DNA of 64,000 nucleotides from Anthoceros angustus (Eukaryota > Plantae > Anthocerotophyta), in contig VJWM01000235.1 of the NCBI GenBank assembly GCA_010909165.1, positions 186,001 through 250,000 of the forward strand, in the 5' to 3' direction. Positions within the stretch are counted from its first letter, which is position 1, and every line of letters begins with the position of its first letter. Positions 47,951 to 59,342 of this stretch are shown here, piece after piece. The position numbers and the translations under genes were made by a program. The notes beneath the pieces were generated by a model. The model was not told the DNA's origin, did not search any database, and saw only the letters and a program-made list of their open reading frames with translations.

Positions 47951-49034
47951 CACTTTACAACCTAGTTAAGCTTTCAGACTACAACCTCCTATTAGCAACC
48001 TACTTTACAACCTAGATTACAAGGCAACCATGTTGTAAATGGCAATGTTATTTAGGTTGTAAACGAGTTCAACGTTGTAAATGGCATTGTAAACTGGCTA
48101 CTCGGACATCTTACCCGTCCGGGTAGCTGATGTGGCGGCCACATCAGCAACTTGATGACGTGGCAATCTTGCCTGCCACGTCAGCAATTTTACAACCTAG
48201 TTAAGCTGTCAATTTACAAACGTATAAATACCCATTTTTATAATGGGTTGTAAATTACGTTGTAAAATGTGGTGTAAAACATTTGCGATTCTTGTAGAAG
48301 GAAGAGAATGCAAGGAACAAGTTGCGGGCGACTTCCTGTGGTGTCAAGGTCAGGGAGGCACCAGGGGCCGGGGACAAAAACGTCCCCGATCTTTACCGGA
48401 CATACAGAGTGTGCGTTCCATGTTGTGAGCCCCAATAGGCTAGCCAAAGGCCCCCGCCCAGAGTGGTCGCAACCCACCAGAGCACCCAACAACCCACCGC
48501 ACAAACACCCGCCCCCGTTACTATGCCGGAACCTTAGAATCGCGGGGCCGCGGGGCCGCCAGAATAAGATGGCGTTGTTAATCCGACCACATCGACCCTG
48601 ATGGCCTGCGTGCCACGTGAAAGGCTAGCAAGCGCTGCAAACGGCAAAACGCGACATGCTCCGGGGACAGAGGCCAGAAACCCTAGACCCGGTAGGCTCG
48701 AAAACCCTAGATCCAGGCCCTGTCGCTGTGCCATGCAAAGCCCGGGCCCCGCCGCCGCAATAGTCCTCGCCTGCCTCGCCACAATCCGGCCCCGCCGTGC
48801 CACTCTCGGGCCCGTCCGCCATGGTGCACTGCAGGCGTGCCCACCGAGGCCGTGGGGCCCGAGCGCCTGTAGAAGAGCCCTCAGCAACACCCCATAGTCG
48901 GGGGGCCTACGGGGGTTGGCCACGGCAGGCCGGGCCAAGCCCTTGCAGCATGCAACGATGGCAATTGGCTCCTGGCACACCACACTCCCACACCGCTCCG
49001 TGCTCCTCACGGCCTTGCGAAGCTCGCGGGAGGC

Positions 49035-50080
49035 CAAAGTGCATTAGATATTCCTTTTTGAGGTAAAGGCACCTTACGATACACTTTCCCATCAATACCC
49101 GATGGCCATTAAGGTAGCAAGTATGACCTATATATAGCCACGTCATCATGGAGGACAACCTTCTCCTGCACATCCATCCCATGTCAATCGTGTGCGCCTA
49201 AGCACGTGCCATTCCTAATCATGCGATCCCCGTTCCCGACATGCTCGCCTCCAGAGCACGGTGGATGTCCCTTCCCCACCGTGGTCGATGCGATCGATGC
49301 CCCCCGTTCTTGCCATTGTAGCCAATGCCCCCTACCCCCCTGCGCACGGGGAGGGCAGGGGCATCGGCTGTCAAAGGTATATGTAAGTAGAGAGGCCATC
49401 GGCCGTATATGAAAGGCCATCGGCCATTCAAGGTGTTCTCTATTGATTAAAAATAGCCCAATCCACATCGAAACTTTGCGGTAGAGCGCCCTAATGAATG
49501 GTTCTGTCGTGTTGTATGATGATGTGTTGCATAAACACGTCACTGTACAGCATGACAAATGTGGACCATCGTAGCTCTCAAGACGCATATGCACGGAAGG
49601 TGATCTACAATTGTAGGGCACGCTAGGGCAGCAATACACGTTGAGGGATGCATATGCAATTACTGAGAAGATTGACCCAGCAGTGGCTTACAATAGAGCG
49701 TTTGCTAAGCAAGCTTGTAGACCCAGCAACCAGAGGCCTGGACAAGGCTCAATGCAATAGTTAAGTTCCACAACAGCAAGAGGTTAGGAAGAACCAGACA
49801 GGCCAATGCAGCAATTAATATGTTGGGTAATAGATGTTTCAAATGCGGGAGTCCGACTCACAAGGCTAGGGTGTGCTCTAACCCATTTGGAGAAGATAGA
49901 GCACATTTGAAGTGCAATGGCTGCGACAGAATAGGCCACACGGAGGCAATGTACTGTCAGCGGCATCCAGAGCTAAGACCACCAATAACGGGACAGCATA
50001 ACAGCAATGGAGTATCAACATTGTTGAAGCACAAAGTGAAGGCTAAGGCAATTCAAAGAGGAAAGAAGATCTAATTACTA
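49035..50080 (+). mobile_element. LTR-retroelement remnant with Gag CCHC zinc knuckles (ORF 49820..50074)
   Basis: RCFKCGSPTHKARVC and KCNGCDRIGHTEAMYC; homologous to 27670-28640. Confidence 0.7.
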
Positions 50081-51883
50081 TTGATTGAATGATTAATGGA
50101 TACAATAAAGAGTGCTATATACTTGAATGACGAGTTCAAATCTATGGCCAACATACACTTCTCTCTTTTCCAAGCTCTCCTTAACACGAGATATGATGGA
50201 GGCTCAAGAAATCCTAGGTGCTTAAATTGATTACTATCTTTCCATTAGCCTGCTCCTTCCTTTCGATCGAGAACTAAGCACTAAGCCAAGGATAGGTCAC
50301 CCAAAACTAGGTTGAAAAAATCTTTTTTATTTGAACCATCAATCGAATAGTTAACACTGAGTTGATCCATCCTCCCCTCCTTTTTTCTCATTACCGTCCT
50401 TCATCAATGTGGTACTATTTGTTTAGCATGTACAGCAGATCCTTGCAACAGCGGTTCGATTTTTGTCGGTCATGGTGATCTACATATGTGACTTTATAGT
50501 ACAAGTGTAGTTTGAAGATAAATTATTCTTTTTATTCTATTTATACATGGGTTGTTGTACCATCTCACCTAAGTAGAGATTTCAATGAGTGACTCGTGAT
50601 TTTCTCTTCGCTTACTATGACATCCAGCATTTTGGCAATTTCAGCAAACATTTGCTTACTCTCACAAGTATATATCCCCGCGTCTATCCTAGAATGAATA
50701 ATGAAATAAACTCCTAAAGCACTTGTTTTTAGCATATATTTTTGGGAGAACAAAATCTTTGATCTCATTTGAAAAATTAGTTTTTTGAAAGACTCATTAA
50801 AAATAATAATATATTAATTCTTAGTACGGCTTTCCGATCACCTTGAAGGTCTTTTTTGCACTATGAATTAGATAAAACTATCCCAATTACGTAGGTTTAA
50901 GATTAATTATCATAATAAAAATAAAAGACTGAAAAGAGTAAAATCAAAAAAATAACTTTTACTCAAAAAATAAATATGGATACAACCTATAGGAATAAGA
51001 TGTACCTAGGCTCCAAAAAGAATTGTAGAAAGTATTTTCTTTCATTTTTAGTATTTTAGCACACCATAACTTCACTACCATCCTCCACTACCTCCTTTTT
51101 GGTAGATAGGGTTTTTCCTATGCATTTTGTGTATTTTTTAGTTTCTTATTTTGAAAATAATTCAAAACAAACCCGGGGGAGAAATCTTCAGCAAGGTTTT
51201 GATTACCCTATGTTACACATCTACTATAGCATTAGAAAGAGATAGTGCTCTTCCCAAGGTCATATAAGTATTGTAAATTTTGTGTATTGAATAAAAGAGC
51301 CTCACCTTTAATTCAATATTCCATATAATATAAATTTTCTAGCAATTTAATTATATGATGCGTGCATAGTGTAGTTGTGATTCATCAAACTAATGTTCTT
51401 AGTAAGAATGATAGGCCAAGGAGCTTTATATGTTATACAAAATTCTTTATGTTCTGCATTTCCAAATCATAGGATATGGTCATGACATGTTGATATGAAA
51501 TTAAACCTGGTTTCTCATTCTCTCCATGATTTTATGTTGAATGTTTTCAGCTTTAAAAAAATTTAGTTACCACTAAAAACTATAATGAAATTATTCTCCA
51601 CTAAATAAAATTTCTTATGTACCATATACAATTCTTCGAACAAGTTAGAATGTATTTATGTTTTTCTCTAGCAAGTAGAGAAGATTATGATTATAAACTT
51701 ATAATCTCAGCTCAAGTTTGAATGGAAACAAGAAAACTAATACTATTTGGCAAGTACTTGCACAAGTGTGAAAGTTAATGGTAATGGTAATGACCTACTG
51801 TTTTGAATAATAAAGATAAAGGAACGCAATCGAAACATGGACATTATCATGTGTCAAACTCCCATTTTGCTTACTTTGATATA

Positions 51884-52408
51884 TTAGGATGTATCTCTTT
51901 TTGGATCACCCTCCGAACTATTGGGCGATTCATCTTGTCTTTTAGCCTTTTTCTCTTGATAGTTCTTAACTGCAGCTTTAATGGCATCCTCAGCAAGCAT
52001 ACTACAATGAAGTTTAACAGGGGGTAATGAAAGATGTTTGGCAATATCACTGTTTTTTATAGTCAACGCCTCTTCCATAGGCTTTCCCTTAATCCATTCT
52101 GTGGCTACGGAAGATGAGGCGATTGCAGACCCACATCCAAAAGTTTTAAAGCATGAGTCAACAACCTTGCCAGTTTTTTCATCCACTTTTATTTGTAATT
52201 TCATAACATCACCACAAGCAGGAGCTCCCACTAACCCGGTTCCAACATTTGGATCTTCCTTATCAAATGAACCAACATTACGTGGATTATTGTAATGCTC
52301 TACAACTTTCTCATGATAGGATTGGACAAGAATTTTCCAAGATTGGATCCTATTGTGGGGAGCAGAACATGCTAATGCAATTGTCTTAGAAGCAAAAGAT
52401 GTCAACAT
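51884..52408 (-). CDS. ISU1: Mitochondrial iron-sulfur cluster scaffold protein (IscU/ISU)
   Basis: Intact 174-aa ORF: YHEKVVEHYNNPRNVGSFDK..GAPACGDVMKLQIKVD..FKTFGCGSAIASSS..LSLPPVKLHCSMLAEDAIKAA. All three Cys, the LPPVK motif and a presequence-like N-terminus are present. Confidence 0.96.
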   Translation of the reverse strand: MLTSFASKTIALACSAPHNRIQSWKILVQSYHEKVVEHYNNPRNVGSFDKEDPNVGTGLVGAPACGDVMKLQIKVDEKTGKVVDSCFKTFGCGSAIASSSVATEWIKGKPMEEALTIKNSDIAKHLSLPPVKLHCSMLAEDAIKAAVKNYQEKKAKRQDESPNSSEGDPKRDTS

Positions 52409-53423
52409 CCTAAAATTTGTAAAACTTTTGTGGGGATAATATGTTATTCTAATAATAACTAAAAAATAATATGATTATCCAATATTGAGGTGATAGTTTT
52501 ATTTTCTAAAATTATATAAAATATAAATAATTCTGATTAAAAATAGAGTTGGTTTTTGTATTTTTGTATTTTTTTTGCATCTTTTACGTCAATTTATCTC
52601 ATTAGATTAATTTTATGATATAAAATTAAGCACAAACACAGACTAGCTTCTCAATCTATTTCTGTATCTTCAAAAAACCCTTTGGTTGTTTCAAGGTAGA
52701 GGCTTTACCTCCAATATAATGGAATTGTGGCAAGCATACTTCAATTATAGCAAATCTTTTTAGTTTATGCTGATATATGAACCAAAAATAATTTATTTAC
52801 TAAAATACAAATGTAAATAATCAATATCTTATACTTTCATGGAGGCTTCATTATCGGCATTGTTCCTAATGTTGTGTCTATTGAAAAAAATCCTAGGTAT
52901 AATATTATACCGATTTCAACTGGGAAAATGTTAGAGCGTGTTTCACTTTCACCGGAAGACATCTAGCACCGAATTTGTTTTTTTCTTAATTTGATATTTA
53001 AAAAAATCAAAACAAACATGGAGAAATCTTAGCACCAGATAACTGGGCGTGGTATTCGTACGCACCTTGCGGGATAGGGGGGATAGGGAAGAACGTGTAG
53101 ATACCACCGACCCGCTCAGTGCCAATGAACGTGCGGGACAAGGGGTGGGGACGTGCGAAACGGGTAATTTTAGGGCTCCCTTTGCTCCAGTTGGTGGAGC
53201 TCCGACTACGGCGTTCCAGGAAGGAAACGGATTGCGGTGAAAACGTGACAGGGCTGAGGTTGGAAGTGATGCCCTGGACAATGTGAAGACTTGAATTCCG
53301 CGTTTCACCTGCTACGTAAAGGCAAGGAGCTGGAGGACTCCAGGCTGTCGGACCGCAACACTGAAAGTGATTAACAAAACGGGCGTCTAGGGCGCGGACA
53401 CAGTGCAAAGCTTGAAGTCCAAG

Positions 53424-54285
53424 ATGCAGGCGAAGCAGGGAATTCTTCTGGGCCGCCAGCGACTTTTTGACGCGGGCAAGCAGCTCAGTGTGGCTGGGGC
53501 TTTCAGTGATGATTGTCCTGCCTGGTGGGCGTCTTCGTGGGGGTTGCCCCGTGGAATGTGCCAGCTGATGGAAGGGTTTGCAACTTTTGCTGGCTCTCGG
53601 GAGAAATTATCTGATACCAATGATTCGGTGAGTGGCCCGTGCCTGTCGCTGCAGCTCATCTGATGGTCGTCTGGTCGAACGAGTTTTGGCCAAACCAATT
53701 TGGTTTCTTGATTTTTTGCAGGCGGGGGGACTGGGGCGTGGAAATTCTGGGGGTGGTGTGCCTCAGGGTGCTATGATTCCGGAGGCCCCACCGCCAAAGA
53801 GGAAAGCTAAGCAATCGGAGTTTGCCAAGCAACTGGACACGACAAGGAAGCTTTCTGATTTCTACGGGGATGCACCTATCAGGAAGCTCCACAGGAATAA
53901 AACGGAAACCATTTTGGATAAGAAGACTGCGCTACTGTATAACCTGGAGAAGCGACTGGACGGAAGTTTGGTGCGTATTGGGTTTTGCTCCACTATGCCA
54001 CAGGCAAGGCAGTTGATCAGTCACAAGAAGATTTGTGTCAACAACCAGATTGTTAATGTTGCTAGCTATCAAGTATCGTGTGGGGATTTGATATCTATAC
54101 AAGAGGATGCTCTCCCTGTGGTCAGGAGTATGATACGGAAGAGCTTGGATAGGAAGATGGTGTCTCAGTACAAGCCCACCCACTTTGAGGTTAATTACAA
54201 GACCCTTCAGGCTGTGATGACATCCGAACCTCAACAGATCAGGTTCCCGTGCACTATAGATTTGGACCTTCTTGACAAATTGTGA
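53424..54285 (+). CDS. rps4: Nuclear-encoded mitochondrial-type ribosomal protein S4 with a putative targeting extension (frameshift near 53640-53660)
   Basis: QLDTTRKLSDFYGDAPI..LLYNLEKRLDGSLVRIGFCSTMPQARQLISHKKICVN..SCGDLISIQE (S4 domain) and the C-terminal KPTHFEVNYKTLQAVMTSEPQQIRFPCTIDLDLLD resemble plant mitochondrial Rps4. An upstream ORF from ATG 53424 (MQAKQGILLGRQRLF..) is a candidate presequence. Confidence 0.88.
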
Positions 54286-57200
54286 GCGCATGAACTGACC
54301 TCGGCATTATGGAAAGTTGTCCCCGGTCGGTCATGGGACTCAACAGGGATATGTGCTTCCACGGGATGTGTGATGATGAGGAATTCGAGCACCCAGTTCT
54401 TGTTGACCCACGACCCCTGACAATATCTGCTGGTGCTTGCACCACTCAGGAGCAGCTGTCCCAAGTGCAGGTATTGAGCTCGAGGCACACGCAAGTTTGG
54501 GTTTTCGGCAAGGTCGATGTACGGATAGCAAATGTCCGGATGGTGTCAGATGCTCGCCTTGGACAAGTGTTGCGGCTAGGAAAGCGGTTTGCTATTCCTT
54601 TTGGGGCTGAATCTTGCCGCCTGCCCATTACAAACAGAGCTGCGATGCTGTCGACAAATAACTGTCATTCCTTGATACATACGTGCGGTAATAAAAGCAA
54701 ATTCTTCCCTTTAAGGTATGCGGCTGAAGCCTGTGCTGCTCTTTTGCAACTCTCTAAACTGTCTCGTCATTGTAGACAAACGGTTAGCATGAACAAAAAT
54801 ATACATAATGAATGCGAATGTTATCGTACAGCCATCAGGCCGTGGCCGCAACAGTCGAGATTGTCGATGCGTCCGACTAGACAGGAAATGTTCCGGTGTT
54901 CCTCTACTTGTTCTTTGGTCCACTAGTGGTGAGCGTTTCTATAATGGCCTTCAATACTTTTATTTCAGCTGACTTCTGGAGAACCTCTTCAGACTTGGCA
55001 CGGAGCTCCTCCAAGTGTAGCTTGAAGACCTCTGGGGTATTGCCAAGGGAAACGCATGAGCTCCCGATACATCACCTTGTGCAAGAAACAAATATGTTGG
55101 AGGACTTACGACTTGTATTCTCGAGCTCTTCAACAACTTGCCGGGTGCGGCTTTCAGCTGCACGTTGAGCAATTTCAGCTTGTTTTTTCTCTGCCCGAGC
55201 ATGCCCTGCAGCTATCACAGCAGCATCTAGCTCTCTTTCAAGCGCCTGTATCCGTCTCTCCTGGGCCTGATCACAGGATAGCGTTTAGAAGGGGAAGACC
55301 ACAATATAATGCTCGTTGAGAGACAATAACTCACCCTCATTGTTCTTGTGATCTGTGCATTCTCGGAGGCGTTCGTGAACGGATCCTCATCCAAATACAC
55401 AGCTTTGCCGACCAGAAGTCGCTGCACAGAATCTAACGAGCTTCCTAGCTCTCTGACATTCGACAATGCTGCACTCCAGCGATCTGAGGTGATTGCCCCT
55501 CCATTTTCAGCTACACCTCCTGTTGCTTGGGAAGGGGGCCGAGGAGGATGACCAATCCCTCTGGAACTAGAGGCGTCGGTTTCATTATCAGCAGCTGTAG
55601 TTCCTGTGGTTGAAAAGCTGTCTCTAGCAATTGGATGCTCCTCTTTGTAAAGAAACTAAAATCCACAAGAGTAAGCAACCAGACGACCCATGCTCCATCA
55701 GCATGCCAGAGTGAATACAGTCCAGCTTTCGCAATCCACAGCAGAGCGACCTCTTAAGCAGCAGCAAAAGTATAATTTCAACAGCAAATTTGGTTGCACA
55801 GGGGATGAACCGAAGCCAGAGAAAGAAGCAAACGCAGACAACCTTACGAGCAGGATCTACATGAGCCGCAGAAAACGACATCCTTCTGAGCCAAACTCCT
55901 TGAGCACCAGCAGATCAAGATGAATATCAAAGACCTTTATAGTGGTGAAGATAATGCAAGACCTTGCATCCAAGGAAATTCATCACTTTGTGCAAGAACG
56001 GGTCTCAGCGTCGAGTCTAGTTCTTATACTGGGCTTTAGGGCTTCTGGATTTCGGGCGGAATCACCTATTTTGAAGAAGAACGAGGAGAATTCTATTAGT
56101 CCGAATAAACAGCAAACTTTCAATCAGCGCTTCCAATTTAGGAGGACCTACTGTGTAGAGCAAACTAGAGCAAACAGCTTTCAAATTAGGGCACGGTAAA
56201 GGGAGGAAACGTGCCATGGGGATGGCTCCCGAAGCATAGCCGAGTACTCAGTGTAGATCGAGTGATGAATTCCCGGGAAGCAAGGGCTTGGCTTCCCCGG
56301 GTGCCAGGAGGAAAGGTGAAAAAGAAGAAAGGTGTTGAGGGTATGGCTTCATAACATAACCCGAGTATGCAGTGTAGATCAAGCGATGAATTTCCGAGAA
56401 GTAAGGTGTTTGCTTCCTGGAAATTATCACTTGGAAGACCTTGGAAACCTTGCTTCCCGAGAATTATCCCTGACTCTACACTGCGTACTTGGCTACGCGT
56501 CGGGAGCCTCCTTCTGGAGCCTACTTGGCTATTCACATTTCCTCCTTTTACCGTGCCCTAATTTGAAACCTGTCTGCCTGCCCTAAGTAGGCAGGCCACA
56601 TTGAAAACTGTTTGCTTGATCTTTTTTTGGACTAAAGTAAATTCTTATTGTTGTTCTTCTCAATAGGTAGCTCTGCCCTAACTCGGAAGCCCTAAAGCCC
56701 ACGAGTTTCTGTATAAGAACTAGGACGTCGCCCTCCAATCTTATTTCCTACACCAGAACTTGTGGACGTCGACAGTATGCCGTTGTTGCTGCTGTTGGTC
56801 GAGTCGGGTTGTGACGCTGCTGGTCCTACTGATGCCCGTCGTCGTCCGTTGTTGTTGTTGACCGCGTCGAGTTGTGGCGGTGCTGGTGCCACTGATAGCA
56901 GTGTCGGGGATAGGAGCTGGTCTGGTTGGATGATGAAGTTTACTCAAATTGCTTAAACTCAGTGGAGGTCTATGCCTTTGGGCAAGTGGGCCAGATGTAT
57001 GACTCCTGACACGACAATTTCTGTCTCCCGACACTTGAAACAGTTTGTTGAAAACGTTGTCTTCCATCAGCCCTGTTTCAAGGTTGTTCAAAACGTTGTC
57101 TTCCATCTGTCCTACTTTGTGGAGTACTTCTTGTTTGTAGTGACGCCTCAATCTTTGGCAGAGCATCTGGGCGGTCGGGCTTGAAACACCACGGCTGTGG

Positions 57201-57324
57201 CTTGGAATGTTTTGGATTGTGGCCACAATACTGTCAACCCCTCCGGGATGCTGTGAATCTTCCTGTGCATTTAGCCTCGAAAGGGTTGCAACAAGCAAGA
57301 GTTCTTGTTGAACTGAGTTTCGGT

Positions 57325-57425
57325 TCTAGGTTTAGGTCATCAGGAAAGGCCGCCGCCAGCGTTGCTTTCGGGTAGTTTCTAGGTTTAGGTCATCAGGAAA
57401 GGCCGCCGCCAGTGTTGCTTTTGGG
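57325..57425. repeat. Two-copy direct repeat of about 52 bp
   Basis: TTCTAGGTTTAGGTCATCAGGAAAGGCCGCCGCCAG(C/T)GTTGCTTT(C/T)GGGTAG occurs twice. Confidence 0.9.
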
Positions 57426-59342
57426 TAGGGAGGTTTTGAGCTGTGATGAGTTATCAAACCAGTAATAAGTCAGTTCTGCTGCTGATGAACAGTGAGTGAA
57501 AACTGGTATTAATCTGAGCTCCTAGTCTAGGGACTTTCGAGGTGTCTGTGTCCTTCGGCGATGATTAAAACTATCCGCGCTTCTGAGGAGAACCCTATGA
57601 AGTACAAAAAAACTCATGGTTGAATGTCTTCACATGAGCCGAAGGCTTAAGTTCTTGTGTCTCCTACCACTAGGTAGAATGTCTATCTGCGACTCCTACG
57701 CTTTGGAAAGATTGCTGTTTGACGCGTCGTTAGTTTTGCTGTCTGACGCTTCTGCAGTGTTGCCTTTTGCTTCCCACGTCGCCCTGTAACCAAGCTATGG
57801 GATTCCTCATTTACACATGCCACGATGATCCAATTTTGTTGTCGCTTGCTAGTTTCGACGAACTTCTATTCACACCGGGGAAGTCAGAACAAATTCAGGT
57901 CCGATACCGCACTGTAAACAAGTGAGTCTGGATATCCCACTGAAGATTCGCCGTTGGAACCCGCAGTGACTCCGCAATCACCTGATGTTACGCTTTGATG
58001 ATACATCAAGATAACTCACAGTCCTTCTACTTACACTAGGTCAGGGTACCGGAACCTGCAGCAAGAGTTCCTGTTCTGCTACAAAGCCCGGAAAAGGAAC
58101 CTGCAAAGTGCAAACCTTGGCTGCGGCCTTGGCAGTGTGCTAAGAAGGCATACCGCGGGAGAGCGCTGAGGGAGCAACGAGGTCGACTGGTGGAGGCAGA
58201 TGAGCAGCGCCTGAATTGAATTTGATACAGCATGTCCACTATACGCACAACGGAGACAAGGCTGATGAACCAGAGACTCATAACAATACAAGTGTGGGGT
58301 GATCTTCAATCCAGGAGAATCGTTGGTGTGAAAGTGCAGCGTGTTTTCGTCGCCAGCCCCGCTTCCAAAGCCCCTGCGCCTTCGCAAGCCCGATGCAGCA
58401 GGGCTCCTCCGGCAATGCTTGGCCGGGTTCTTGCTGCCGGGGTGGATGCTTCACTGGGGGACCCTTGCGCCATGACTGCAGTGGCTTCTCAAGGTGCACG
58501 AGCTAATTGGAAAAGTAAAGGGGACGGTTGCACGAGCAGCTCTGCGCAAATGATGTCTAGTCAGCCGGTATCCGTGCAGTACACACTGGGACCATGCACG
58601 ACGAACACCAACTCGCGATGCTCAAACCCACGGTTTTAGTTTGCGGTTAGCTATGACAGAGGTGTCCTCATGAAAAACGTCATACAGCAGTAACAAATAC
58701 TGTACATACATATATAGGTGACGCCTTTTATAAGTACGAACAACACCTTATGCGTTTCAGAACTTTCTAGGTGTACAAGTTTTTATCACTTCAAGCTTTA
58801 AAATACTAGGAAAACTAGCACTTTACTAGACATTTGTTCGACTTACAATGGGGGTTTTCAACCCATGTATTATTTTTACATAGAGTTTAATACTTTATAA
58901 TATGGATTTGATATTTTACAATATGAGGTATTTTTTACCATGTATTCTAATGACGTGACACTCTTTAGGAGTTTTTATAATGGGGTTTTGCAAGATTACA
59001 ATATACTATAGTTTTCAACAAGGATATTTTTACAACATGGACTGGTGTGATTCCAACACGGTGTCCGAACTTTCACAATGGGAGTTAGCAAGATTACAAC
59101 ATATTACAGTTTTCAACATGGGATTTTTAGAATGGTGGCGGCTGTAATTAGAACACCGTGTCTATTTACAGCTATAACCCTGTGTTTTACAACACCGTCT
59201 ACTCTACTTACAACACACTGTCTTTTTATATCCCTGGCTTGTGTTCAAGAACCCAATTTTTCCAAGAGGTAAGACGGCTTTTTACAACGAAAGTTACATG
59301 CCATATTTGTTTTTAGTCAATTCAATCAGGTATTGCCTAGAT

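Noticed and set aside
53632-54285. rps4 as a recent NUMT or a plastid rps4
   Set aside because: There is no flanking organelle sequence, it has a novel N-terminus and high divergence, and the C-terminal EPQQI.FP..IDLDLLD is of the mitochondrial type.
54900-58640. Fragmented ORFs (coiled-coil at 54.9-55.5 kb; 56741..57298; 58232..58639)
   Set aside because: They may be exons of host genes, but they have no recognisable motif or convincing splice model, so they are not annotated.
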